Source: Raja brachyura
Taxonomy: Eukaryota
Direction of reading: 5' to 3'
DNA: 64,000 nt
NCBI GenBank assembly: GCA_963514005.1
Contig: OY740805.1
Location: 18,104,001-18,168,000 of the forward strand
Shown here one piece after another: positions 1 to 10,700 of the stretch. The notes below the pieces were generated by a model. The model worked only from the letters and a program-made list of their open reading frames with translations. It had not been told where the DNA came from and made no database searches. Positions within the stretch are counted from its first letter, which is position 1. Every line of letters starts with the position of its first letter. A program made the translations under genes and the position numbers.

Positions 1-1417
1 AACGAACAGTGATGTATATGTTGTAAGCTATCATCCCAAATTTCTGGACTAATTGTTTGACCTAATTCATTTTCCCATGATTGCCTATATAAATCCGTCT
101 TTGGAGCATCACTATCTAATACAATACTATAAATATATGGTATCAGTTTTTCTGTGTTCGGATGTTTATTCAAACATTCATCAAAAATTTCTATCTTTCT
201 AAATCTATATTCATTTGTAATTGACTTAACATAGTCTCTGATTTGTAAATATCTAATGTAATCCTTGGATTGAAGCCCATAAATTTGTTGCAATTCCTGA
301 AATGAGAGAAATGTATTTTTCCTATAGAGATCACCCATCTTTGTAATTCCATTGTTTTTCCATTGTAAAAAACCCTTATCCATCCATGAGGGTTTAAATG
401 CTACGTTGTTTACAATAGAAAGAGATAATGGTATATAATCCAATTTTAATGTTTTCTTTATTTGTTTCCAAGTGCGTATTCCACTATCTATTATAGGGTT
501 TTCTTTATAGTTTTTTTTGCTTAATTTGGTAATAGCAAATAGATTGACCCAATTTCAAAAGGTAAACAATCTTCTTTTTCCATTTTTAACCAGTCTGGTT
601 GTTTATCTAATTCTTCCAACCAAAAGTTCATATTCTTGATATTAACTGCCCAGAAATAAAACATAAAATTTGGTAATGCTAAGCCTCCATTTACTTTTGA
701 TTTACATAAATGTTTCTTGGTTATTCTGTGGTTCTTATAATCCCATATAAAATTAGTAAGTATAGAATCAACCTTTTTAGAAAAGGTTTTGGGAGATATA
801 TCGGGATTAATTGAAAAAGGTATAATAGTTGCGGGAGAAAAATCATTTTTATCGCATTAATTCTATCCATCATAGAAATGGGTAATGTTTTCCAATACAA
901 AATATTCTTATCTAATTTATTCAGTAAAGGCGGAAAATTAGGTTTAAATAAAGAAGTATATCTCTTTGTTACATAAATTCCAAGATATTTAAGTTTTTCT
1001 TTTACTATTTTAAAAGGGAATTGTTGTAAAATATGTGGGTTACTTTCCCTTATTTGGCATAATTTCGCTTTTGTTCCAATTAATTCTGTATCCTGATAAC
1101 GAACCATATTGAGTTATTAAATTTAGTAGATTTGGGATACTAACTTCAGGTTTAGTAATTTAAACTAATACATCATCTGCGTATAATGAGATTTTGTTTT
1201 CCGTATCTTTGGTTGTATACCCATATATTTCAGGATTGGACCTCACACTTTCTGCTAATGGTTCTATTACCAATGCAAATAATAACAGGGATAATGGACA
1301 TCCTTGTCTACAATCTCTGGATAAATTAAATTTAGTTGATAACACTTGATTTGTTGATATTCTAGCTGTTGGATTAGTATATAGAAATTTTATCCATGTA
1401 CTAAACCTCTCGCCCAT
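1..1417 (-). mobile_element. Decayed L1-clade LINE ORF2 (reverse transcriptase) fragment
   Basis: ORFs 1160-1417 and 721-1107 carry L1-type RT motifs RQGCPLSLLLFALVIEPLA, KISLYADDVL, LKYLGIYVT and RINAIKMIFLP. The frame is broken and the element runs off the window start. Confidence 0.85.
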
Positions 1418-1439
1418 CTTGACTTAGAAATGAATCACC

Positions 1440-1900
1440 ATTTGTTCATAATTGAGTTTAGTTTAGAGATATGTCATGCCGGCAGTTTGAAATAAACAGG
1501 TTGTAAGAGGGTGGAATGCCAGCACAGGGGGTCAAAGATGAGGGGGAATGTTGGATACAGAGGACGGTGTTTTCACTGGGAGGCGAAGACTCCTTCCCAT
1601 AGAAAAAAGCTTGGAGGCGGAGGCAACTGAAGAAGAGCTCTACATCATGGTGAGCCTGTTCTGTGTCAGAAGGAAGTCGGTGGGGGGGGGGGGGGGGGTG
1701 GGAGGACCCCGGAGATCTTTACCGTACATTGTGGGGGCCAGCAGCGTAGAGGCCAATGGCCGGAAACTGGGCCTACAAACAATGTAAGTTGATGTCTTCA
1801 GCCGGCTAGTGGCCAATGAAGAGGCGAGGATCGGCGGAGTCAATGGGCCCAGGAGCGGCAGGAGTACAGGTAAAGGTTGGCGGCAAACATGACCTGGAGG
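1440..1900 (-). mobile_element. Probable Penelope-like element ORF N-terminal fragment
   Basis: The minus strand reads HDVELFFSCLRLQAF.. and DLFISNCRHDI, resembling the region upstream of PLE reverse transcriptases. Frameshifted. Confidence 0.5.
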
Positions 1901-2188
1901 CTTTGTGGGCCGATGGTGGCATCGGCAACAATGTCAGTATGTCAGGCCTGGAAGCTCCATTAACCATTCTTCAGCCCACTTGTCTCGCTGATCCAGATCC
2001 AGCTGTAATTGTTGATAACTATGTTCACTGTTTATGATACCAACTACATCAATGTCATCTGCAAAGTTTCTAATCATGCCGCACATTTTCATCTAAGTCA
2101 CTTATATAAACCACAATCAGCAATGGGCCCTCCACTGATCATTGAGGGACACCTCTAGTCACAGGCCTCCAGCGTGAAAAGCAAACTT

Positions 2189-2212
2189 CTACATATATAC
2201 GAATATATATAT

Positions 2213-2259
<47 letters not shown>

Positions 2260-2260
2260 C
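2189..2260. repeat. (TA)n/(CA)n microsatellite
   Basis: Directly visible dinucleotide runs. Confidence 0.9.
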
Positions 2261-2457
2261 ATATGTGCACACAAAAAACAAACAATTATGGTGCAACAAT
2301 AACAATAATAGTCTATGTAGTCAAGGGCTTGTTTGAGGTTGTAGTGTTTAATAGTAGAAAATCTAACTCTAATCTAATTTTGGGAAGTCAAATCAAGGCT
2401 GGTCAAATCTATTGCAGGATTCTAAATGGAGCTGTACCTTGGTGTATAATTACATAG

Positions 2458-2681
2458 GGTTACACAAAAAGCTGGAGAAACTCAGCGGGTGCAGCAGCAT
2501 CTAAGGAGCGAAGGAGATAGGCGACGTTTCGGGTCGAGACCCTTCTTCAGTCTGAAGAAGGGTCTCGACCCGAAACGTCGCCTATCTCCTTCGCTCCTTA
2601 GATGCTGCTGCACCCGCTGAGTTTCTCCAGCTTTTTGTGTAACCCTCGATTCTCCAGCATCTGCAGTTCCTTCTTTAACAC
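2458..2681 (+). mobile_element. Short Penelope-derived fold-back retroelement with hammerhead-like core
   Basis: Perfect 94-bp inverted arms at 2457-2550 and 2552-2645. 15-bp TSD TGTATAATTACATAG at 2443-2457 and 2682-2696. The sequence is homologous to the 3' terminal repeat that follows the GIY-YIG ORFs at 14196-14453 and 43050-43397. Confidence 0.85.
2552..2579 (+). ncRNA. Minimal hammerhead ribozyme-like motif (PLE type)
   Basis: CTGAAGA-A-GGGT(CTCG)ACCC-GAAAC-GTC: CUGANGA box, stem II, GAAA box, palindromic ACGT in place of stem III, and a GUC site. Identical copies lie at 9961-9988 (+), 2523-2550 (-) and 18095-18122 (-). Confidence 0.65.
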
Positions 2682-3241
2682 TGTATAATTACATAGTTCC
2701 CTGAAAATGATATCATAGTTTAATAGGGTAGTGAAGGGAATATATGTCTGAAGAATCGCCTCGACCCAAAACGTAACCCATTCCTTCTCTCCAGAAATAT
2801 TGCCGCTGAGTCTCTCTAGCTTTTTGTGTCTATCTTCGGTTTAAATTAGCATCTGCTGTTCATTCCTATGCAGAATATATGTTATGCCTTGTTTCCTCAG
2901 CCATGGTACTGAGGACTAGAGTTGTGGTGTCATATTCCAGTTGTACAGAATGTTGAACAGGCAACCATTAATCTGTCTAGGGCCTCAGCTGACTTGTTGC
3001 AAAAAAGACTCTAATCCAAGGTCTGAACTCTGAAAAGAAAATCAAGAAATTCAAGTTGCCACTCATCCAGGGACTGAATAACAAAACACATCTTAGTGTG
3101 CATAGGCAGACAAAAGTGCTGGAAAAACTCAGCGGGTGCAGCAGCATCTATGGACCGAAGGAAATGGGCAACGTTTCGGGCCAAAACCCTTCTTCAGACT
3201 CTTAGTTTTACTTATCTGGCTTGAGAACTCTTAACATTATC

Positions 3242-4264
3242 TAGCAATGTTACAAAATTTTGAGATTTAAAAAATCAAGTCTGCAATTTATCCCATCAGA
3301 TAAAGCATAAAAAGAAGTTTAATTTGACACCTAATTTACTTTCATATCTTCAGTATTAAGAAAGTTATGGCCATTTTCATACTCGGAAATTAGCATCTTG
3401 CTCCCCATTGCCTTTCAATTGACTTAACTCAAAAGCTGTGAAAGTTAAAAGTCCATAACTTTCTTAAAAATTAAGAGAACTCAATGAAATTTTCAGTTAT
3501 TATAGATTGAAGCATTCTGAAACAAATATGAAACAATCTTACTTGGATGACCTGAAATTAAAGCATATAATTAGTTATCTAATTGTAGCTAATTACAAAA
3601 TTCAATGAGTAGATCTAAACATCTATCCATTTCTTAAGAAAAGATAAACTTTTTTTAAATTGCCTAAGTATCCAAATAACATTCACACAATATTCCACAA
3701 TATAACATAATTTTTAAATCTCATTTTCATGAATTTCTGGGCCAAATGGAAGGAATTTAGTGTTTTATGCCTGTAAATTAATGGCCATTTAAATCAACTA
3801 GCGAGTGGGTTTTATTGGAATGCGGTGGATTAGAACGTTGCGGTTAGCGGTGAAGTCGGGGGGAAAAATACTGTTTGTTCATACATTTTTGGGGAGCCCA
3901 TTTCTCAGCATAAAAATATTATTAAAGCCTCCCGAAAAACCAACTTTTAATATAAAAATAAACTATTTACCTTTTCTTCTCCCCTACGCTAAATCCTTCC
4001 GGTTGACAGTGCTCACGGCTTTTGAAGGTGATTTTTAAATTACTCTAGTTAATAAATAACTTAGAGTAATTTAAAAATACCTTTACTGATGAAATGTCGG
4101 AGCGATTTTTCTTCCGCAACCAAATCGCCCGACATTCATCGATTTGTCCTGCCTGTTGAAAAACGGCACTTTAGGCCCGCCCCCCTCGGAAAGGCGCCAA
4201 AATCGCGCACACGGGGAGCGGCAGAAGTGCAGCGCTGCGCAAGGTAAGTTTTGCAACATACCTA
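3242..4264. mobile_element. Non-autonomous TIR DNA transposon, superfamily unresolved
   Basis: Imperfect TIRs TAGCAATGTTACAAAATTT / AAGTTTTGCAACATACCTA. Flanking direct repeat ACATTATCTA at 3234-3243 and 4264-4273. No transposase ORF. Confidence 0.7.
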
Positions 4265-4384
4265 CATTATCTATTTTGCTTCGTAGTGTAATCCCTTTAT
4301 AAAATGGCCATCCCCAGACATCCTGTGTCCACACAGTTTTCCAAGGGACCTCACCTATTTTCAGCTCTGCTCTCAAAAATATCA

Positions 4385-4535
4385 ATCTCATTATCCCTCT
4401 CTCTATCTATCATCTCTCCCCATCTCGCTATCTCTCTCTCTCTCTCTCTCTCTCTCCAAATCTCTCTCCATCTATTTATTTCTCCATCTCTCATCCTTCA
4501 GCTCTATCTCTCTTTCCTTCATCTCTTTCATTTCT
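4385..4535. repeat. CT-rich low-complexity tract
   Basis: Degenerate (CT)n. Confidence 0.85.
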
Positions 4536-4744
4536 GCAGTCTGAGAGCACTGTGTGTGACTGATTGACATCAGAGCATCAGTCCCTGAGGCATACCACTG
4601 TCACAGACTTCCTACGTAAAAAAAAACAACCCTCCACTACCATTCTCTGACTCCTACCACCAAGCCTCTAATTGACTATCTCACCCTGGATCCCATGTTT
4701 TCCAACCTAATGGACCTGCCACCCACGTGGAACCTTGCTGTACG

Positions 4745-5056
4745 ATGGCATGGTGGCATAGTCGTAGGGTTACTGCTTTACAGCGCCAGAGACCCGGGTT
4801 CAATCCTGACTACAGGTTCTTTTCTATATGGAGTTTGTACGTTCTCCTCGTGACCTGCGTAGGTTTTCTACAAGATCTTCAGTTTCCTCCCACATTCCAA
4901 AGACGTACAGGTTTGTATGTTACTTGGCTTGGTATAAAAGGTCAAATTACCCCTAGTGTGTGTAGGGTCGCGTTAATATGTGGGGATGGCTGGTCGATGC
5001 AGACATGGTGGGCTGTCGGGTCTGTTTCCTCACTGTATCTCTAAACTAAACTAAAC
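4745..5056 (+). mobile_element. HE1-type tRNA-derived V-SINE (representative of roughly 25 or more copies in the window)
   Basis: Pol III A/B-box-like head (TGGCATAGTCG..GGTTCAATCC), V-domain (GGAGTTTGTACGTTCTCC..GTTTCCTCCCAC), CR1-like 3' end and (TAAAC)n tail. Confidence 0.9.
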
Positions 5057-5299
5057 ATAGACAACATCTGTCATCCAATTACACACTGGGCAATTTACAG
5101 CATTCAATTAACCAACCAACTCGCATGTCTTTCAGATATAGGAGGAACGGAGCATTTGGTGGAGATCCACGTGACATAGGGAGAACATGAAAATGATACA
5201 CGCAGTACCCGAGATCAGGATTGAATCCAAGTTGCTGGAGCAGAGGGGCACCAATTCTGCCATCTGTCTCAATGTACTGCCTTTTAAAAAGAAAAGTCA

Positions 5300-5616
5300 A
5301 AGCCTGTCCCACTGTATGAGGTAATTCAAGAGAATTCTCGCGTGTTAAAAGAATCAAACGCGTGGTAAGCACATAATGAATGTACGTAGCGGGTACGTCG
5401 GAGTTCGGGACGTCTCTTAGCGGTTCGTAAAGCTAACGGCAGGTACTCGGGAAATGCGGTAAGCTCGTGAAGACTAGTGAAGATTTTTCAACACGTTGAA
5501 AAATGTCCACGAGAGCCCCGAGTACCTACGAGCGGCTGTTACCGTATTTCTCCGAGTTCGAATCAGGGGAAACTCGGGAGAACTCTTGAAATAGCTCGTA
5601 CAGTGGGACAGGGCCT
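5300..5616. mobile_element. PIF/Harbinger-type MITE, family A
   Basis: TIR GCCTGTCCCACTGTA..TACAGTGGGACAGGGCC followed by TAA. An inverted homologous copy lies at 22042-22372. Confidence 0.75.
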
Positions 5617-6494
5617 TAAGCTGTGTCTGCATTGTCCAAACACACACTCTCAGGGCAGAATTAGTTTAGTTTACAGTTTACAGTTTGAGATGCAGCGTGA
5701 AAACAGGCTTTTCGGCCTAGCAAGTTTGCGAAGACCAATGATCCCTTTACATTGGCACTATCCTTCGCACACTAGGGGCAATTTACAATTTGCAAGCCAA
5801 TTAACCTAATTAGAATTAACCTAAAGGAAACTGGAGCACCCGGAGAAAAACAATGCATTCACCTAACATACAAACTCTCGTATAGGCTTCACCCATAAGT
5901 CAGGATCAAACCCGGGTGTCTGATGCTATAAGGCAGCAACTCTACTGCTGTGCCACCCTGTATAGATATATGGAATGATACAGCAGCCTGAAAACTGTGA
6001 CAACCAGATTCAAGAACAGCCTCTTCTCAGCAATCAACAGGCTCTTCAATACTATGAAAAACTAACTTCAGCATCTATGATCATCTTTGAATGTACTATG
6101 AATTTTGTTTTTGCACTATTATGAACTTCTTCTTTCGTGTGTCGTGCACAGCCTAAAGTTGTCGGACAACTTGTTCTATTTGATCTTCAGTTTGTGCACA
6201 TTGAGTTGATTGTATTAGTCAAAACAGGGTGGACCACGTGAAGGTTGCAATGTTCTACCCACACTATTATGATAGTCCAGCATTACAATTTAATTTATTG
6301 CTTTATTTGTTGTCTAATATTCTGTGTTATTGCAGTTACGTGCAGGTGAAGCTGCAGCAAGCAGGAATTTTGTTGTTCTATTGTTGATACATATGACAAT
6401 GAAACTACTCTTACCTCACATTTGATTTTGGGCAAAGCTGACTCCATATTACCCCCACCATACACTCAGGAAAACTACAAAGAACAAGTACATG

Positions 6495-7786
6495 TTTAAG
6501 AAAGAACTGCAGATGCTGGAAAAATCGAAGGTAGACAAAAATGTTGGAGAAACTCAGTGGTGAGGCAGCATCTATGGAGTAAAGGAACAAGTGACGTTTT
6601 GGGTCAAGACCCTTCTTCAGACGTGGGGGTGGGGGGCGGGAAGAAGAAAGGAAGACGTGGAGACTGGCTGTGGCAGGGGAGGGGAAGGAGGGAGAAAGCA
6701 GGGACCAAAGATCCTATGGGCCACTCCTGCTAAATGCTGACGTGTAGTACGCAACGGAACTGAACGTGGGTGGGCCTTTTTTTCATCCATTTCCGTAACC
6801 GGATCCGACCTGACTCGCCGTGTAATCAACGTTGCAGGGGAAGAGTTTGTGTTAATAAATTAAATTTCTGAAAATGAGGAGAAGAATTTTACCAAATAAC
6901 TTTTATTTTTACGAGGTTGTTTCCGTAACCGGCTTCCATCTCCGCACTACTATCCTATGGGATTTTTGGTGTGGACACGGAAGCCGGTTACGGAAATGGG
7001 GCCTTAAATTACCCATGAATCTGCCCATGACCGTACTACATATCTTTCGTCGAGCGGACTATCTTGTCGCTATAGGATCTTTGGCAAGATCTACCTGAAA
7101 ATGGAGAAGTCAATGTTCATACCGCTGGGGTGTAAACTACCCAAGTGAAAAATGATATGCTGCTCCTCCATTTGGAGGTGTTGGGCGAAGTGATTGCCAA
7201 GCCTGCGCTTAGTCAAACCGATGTAGAGCAGTTGACACCTAGAGCAGCGGATGCAATAGATGAGGTTGGAGGAGGAGCAGGTGAACCTCTGCCTCACCTG
7301 AAAAGACTGCGTAGGTCTTTGGATGGAATCAAGGGGGGAGGTAAAGAGACAAGTGTAGCATTTCCTGCGGTGGCAACGAAAAGTACCAGGGGAGGAGAAG
7401 GTTAGGGAACGGGGCTTCCTCTCTTCGACTATTGATGAGGCTCTCACCAGGGTATCTTCTATATCCCATTGCTCCGCTCTCACTCCCCATCCCCCCACTC
7501 ATGACAAGTCCCCCTTGTCCTCACCTTTCACCCTAGCAGCCGTCACATACAACAGATAATCCTCCGACATTTTCGTCACCTCCAACGGGATCCCATCACT
7601 GGCCACATCTGCTCATCTTCTCCCCTTTTGGCTTTCTGCAGAGACCGCTCCCACTGCAACTACCTGGTCAATTTATCCCTTCCCAACCAAACCACCCCCT
7701 CCCCTGGTATTCTCCCTTGCAACCGCAGGAAATGCTGCACTTGTCGCTTTACCTCCACCCTTGACTCAATCCAAGCACCTAAGCAA
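6495..7786 (-). mobile_element. Penelope-like element 3' part with inverted upstream segment
   Basis: ORF 7091-7498 has the GIY-YIG motif NLIYCIRCSRCQLLYIG.TKRRL. The terminal repeat is at 6495-6620. 7406-7786 is upstream PLE coding sequence in the opposite orientation. Confidence 0.85.
6706..7083. mobile_element. Non-autonomous TIR element (CAAAGATCCTAT ends) nested in the Penelope 3' region
   Basis: TIR CAAAGATCCTAT / ATAGGATCTTTG. Homologous to 26698-26988. Confidence 0.75.
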
Positions 7787-8564
7787 GCCATGCTATCCAA
7801 GCAGATTATATATACCATACACAGATATAATCAATTCAAAGGGGAAGAATATCATGCAGAATAATGCTCAGCATTGTAGCGCATCAGTTCCAGAGAGAAA
7901 GACTAATGATCTCAGTGGATAGAGGTAAATCAGACCTTACCATAACCAACGGAAAAACTGTTTAGCAGTCAGATAACAGAAGCTGTCGCTGAGGTTGGTG
8001 GTACGTGCCTTAAATCTTCTGCACCTTCTACCCATCCATGTCTTTCATAATTTTACACACAACTCCCCTCAACTAATTGGAGCAGGGAAACAATGTAAGG
8101 ACTCAGTTTTGGCAATTATACAAAATAGATGAAATGGCATGGTTTAATGAGGATAGTATGATTCTACAACAGGATATAGATAGCTTGAGTGATTAGTCAA
8201 TACCTGGCTAATGTGTTTAATGTAGGAAACTGTGAGGTCATGCTGAAGATAAACACAAAATGCTGGATTAACTCAGCGGGACAGGCAGCATCTCTAGATA
8301 GAAGGAATGGGTGACGTTTCAGTTTGAGACCCATTTTCGGACTCTAGAACTCTCTTGGAGAGAGGAGGAGAACTTCTTCAAAGTAGACATACCTTGAGGA
8401 GATCTCCTAGTGGAGCAGACAAATTGTGTGGGAAGGAACTGCAGATGCTGCTTCACACTGAAGATAGACACAAAATGCTGGAGTAACTTAGCAGGACAAG
8501 CAACATCTCTAGGTAGAAGGAATGGGTGATGTTTCGAGTCATGCTCTTTGACATGAGGAATCAA

Positions 8565-9315
8565 GTCAGCATGCCCCAATCAGTATCAATGGTGCCAAAG
8601 TAGAAATGGTTGAGAGCTTCAAATTCATTGGTGTAAGTATTACCAACGAACCTTGATGGACCAACCACACAGAAGGGACAGTCAAGAAGGCACACCAATG
8701 CCTCCACTTCCTCAGCCGACAGAGGAAATTTGGTATGTGTCCAATGACTCTTACCAACTTCCACAGATGCACCATAGAAAGCATCCTATCAGGTTACGTC
8801 ACAGCTTGTTTTCAGAATAGCTATGCTCAAGACCACTAGAAATTGCAGAGAGATGTGGATGTAGCCCAGTCCATGCCGCAGACCAGACGGCCCATTATTG
8901 TCTCCATTTACATTTCCTGCTGCTTCAGGAAGGAAGCCAACATAGTCAAAAACCTTTCTCACACTAGTGATTCATTTTTTCTCTACTCCCATCAGGCAGA
9001 AGATGCAGAGCTTGAAGGTGTAGAGCACCAGACACAGGAACAACTTCTTCTCCTCTGTATCAGGCTTTTGAATGGTCATTGCAAATGCTATGACCCAGTC
9101 CCAATTCTCATTTACCTCAATATGACCATTGGATTTTGTCTCTGGAACTGTTGTACAATAATGTTGAGAGCTATATTCTTCACTCTGTATCTTATCCTTC
9201 AGTCTGCATATTGTACTTGTCTTTGGCTTGATAGTATTTATGTATACAGCAGCAGAAACAGTGCTTTTCATCATACTTTGGTACACATCACAATAACAAA
9301 CCCCAAGCTAAACCT
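8565..9315 (+). mobile_element. Rex1/Babar-like LINE 3' fragment
   Basis: Translates INGAKVEMVESFKFIGVSITN..KKAHQCLHFLSR..FHRCTIESILSG with stops, followed by a ..ACAATAA-type tail. Confidence 0.75.
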
Positions 9316-9329
9316 TAAATGGTTGATTA

Positions 9330-9950
9330 TTGTCTAAATGGAGAGAGACTGTAAATGAGTGAAGTTCAGATGGGATCTTGGTATTCAAGTGCATGCATCA
9401 AAAATAGTTAGCAGCAGGCCCAATAACCAATGGGAAAAATGCAGTCTTTACTGCAAAGGGGATGTAATTTAAGAATAGGGATATTATATTGGAATTATGC
9501 AGGTGAGTCAATAACTGGAATACTGCACACAGTTTTTAAATTAAAAAGGGTATAGGAGGATCGGATGCAGCCCAGATGAAATTCAGAAAACCAAGTCAAG
9601 GGATGAAAAGGTTGTCCCATCAAGAGCGGTAAACAGTTTAGGTCTGCATCTGGAGTGTAGAAAGTGATGAGTGACCTTATTCACACATGCAATATCTAAA
9701 GGGGCTTTTCATGATAGAAGTTGAGATGTTTCACTGGTGGTAAAGTCTAAAAACAATGGGAAACAACTACAGAATAAGGGACCAGTTGTTTAAAACTAAG
9801 GTACATAAAAATTACTTATTTCAGAAGGAAGTGAATCACTGGAATTCTGTGCCCAGAGGTGGTGGTGGCTAAGGCATTAATGCTTAAGAACAGTTAGTGA
9901 AATCTTTGAAAGATTCAGGTAATTGAGGGTTATGGGGTAATGGAACAGAG
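9330..9950 (+). mobile_element. Old CR1 LINE 3' fragment
   Basis: Diverged similarity to the 3' half of the CR1 at 59730-61562. Confidence 0.65.
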
Positions 9951-10180
9951 GAGCTGGGGTCTGAAGAAGGGTCTCGACCCGAAACGTCGCCTATCTCCTT
10001 CGCTCCTTAGATGCTGCTGCACCCGCTGAGTTTCTCCAGCTTTTTGTGTAACCCTCGATTCTCCAGCATCTGCAGTTCCTTCTTTGAGACTACTTCTTAG
10101 TCTGCTCCTGTTATATTTTCTTGTGTTCTTGACGATTGCCCTCATGAATAAAGTTACAACTAGCAACCAACATTTCAGAC

Positions 10181-10700
10181 AGCGGGGCCTCACAGTGGCA
10201 CAGCAGTGGAGTTACTTCCTTGCAGTGCCTGTGACTCAGGTTTCATCCTGACTATGGGTGCTGTCTGTACCAACTTTGCATGTTCTCTCGGTGACTGCAT
10301 GGGTTTTCCCCTGGTGCTTCGGTTTCCTCCCAGTTCCAAAGACCTGTAGGTTAATTGGCATCTGTAAATTGTCCCACGTGTATAGGATAGAACTGTGTAG
10401 GCAGCACGGTGACGCAAAGGGTGGTACAGAAGTGCAGCGGTAGAGATACTACAGTGCCAGAGACCCAGGTTTGATCTTAACCATGGGTGCTGTATGTATA
10501 GATTTTTTATGTTCTCCCCATGACCTGTGTGGGTTTTCCCTGGGGATACCAACTTCCTCCCACACTCCAAAGATATGCAGGTTAATTGGCCCCAAGTGCG
10601 TGTAGGATAGTGTTAGTGTATGGGGATCACTGGTCAGCGCAGACTCAGTGGGACTAAGGGCCTGTTTCAATGCTGCACCCCTAAACCAAACTAATCTAAG
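10181..10700 (+). mobile_element. Two tandem HE1-type SINEs
   Basis: Two successive head plus V-domain units; the second ends in a TAAAC-like tail. Confidence 0.85.

Noticed and set aside
4745-4815. tRNA gene-like A/B boxes here and at many other sites
   Set aside because: Each continues into the V-SINE body and tail, so these are SINE heads and not tRNAs.
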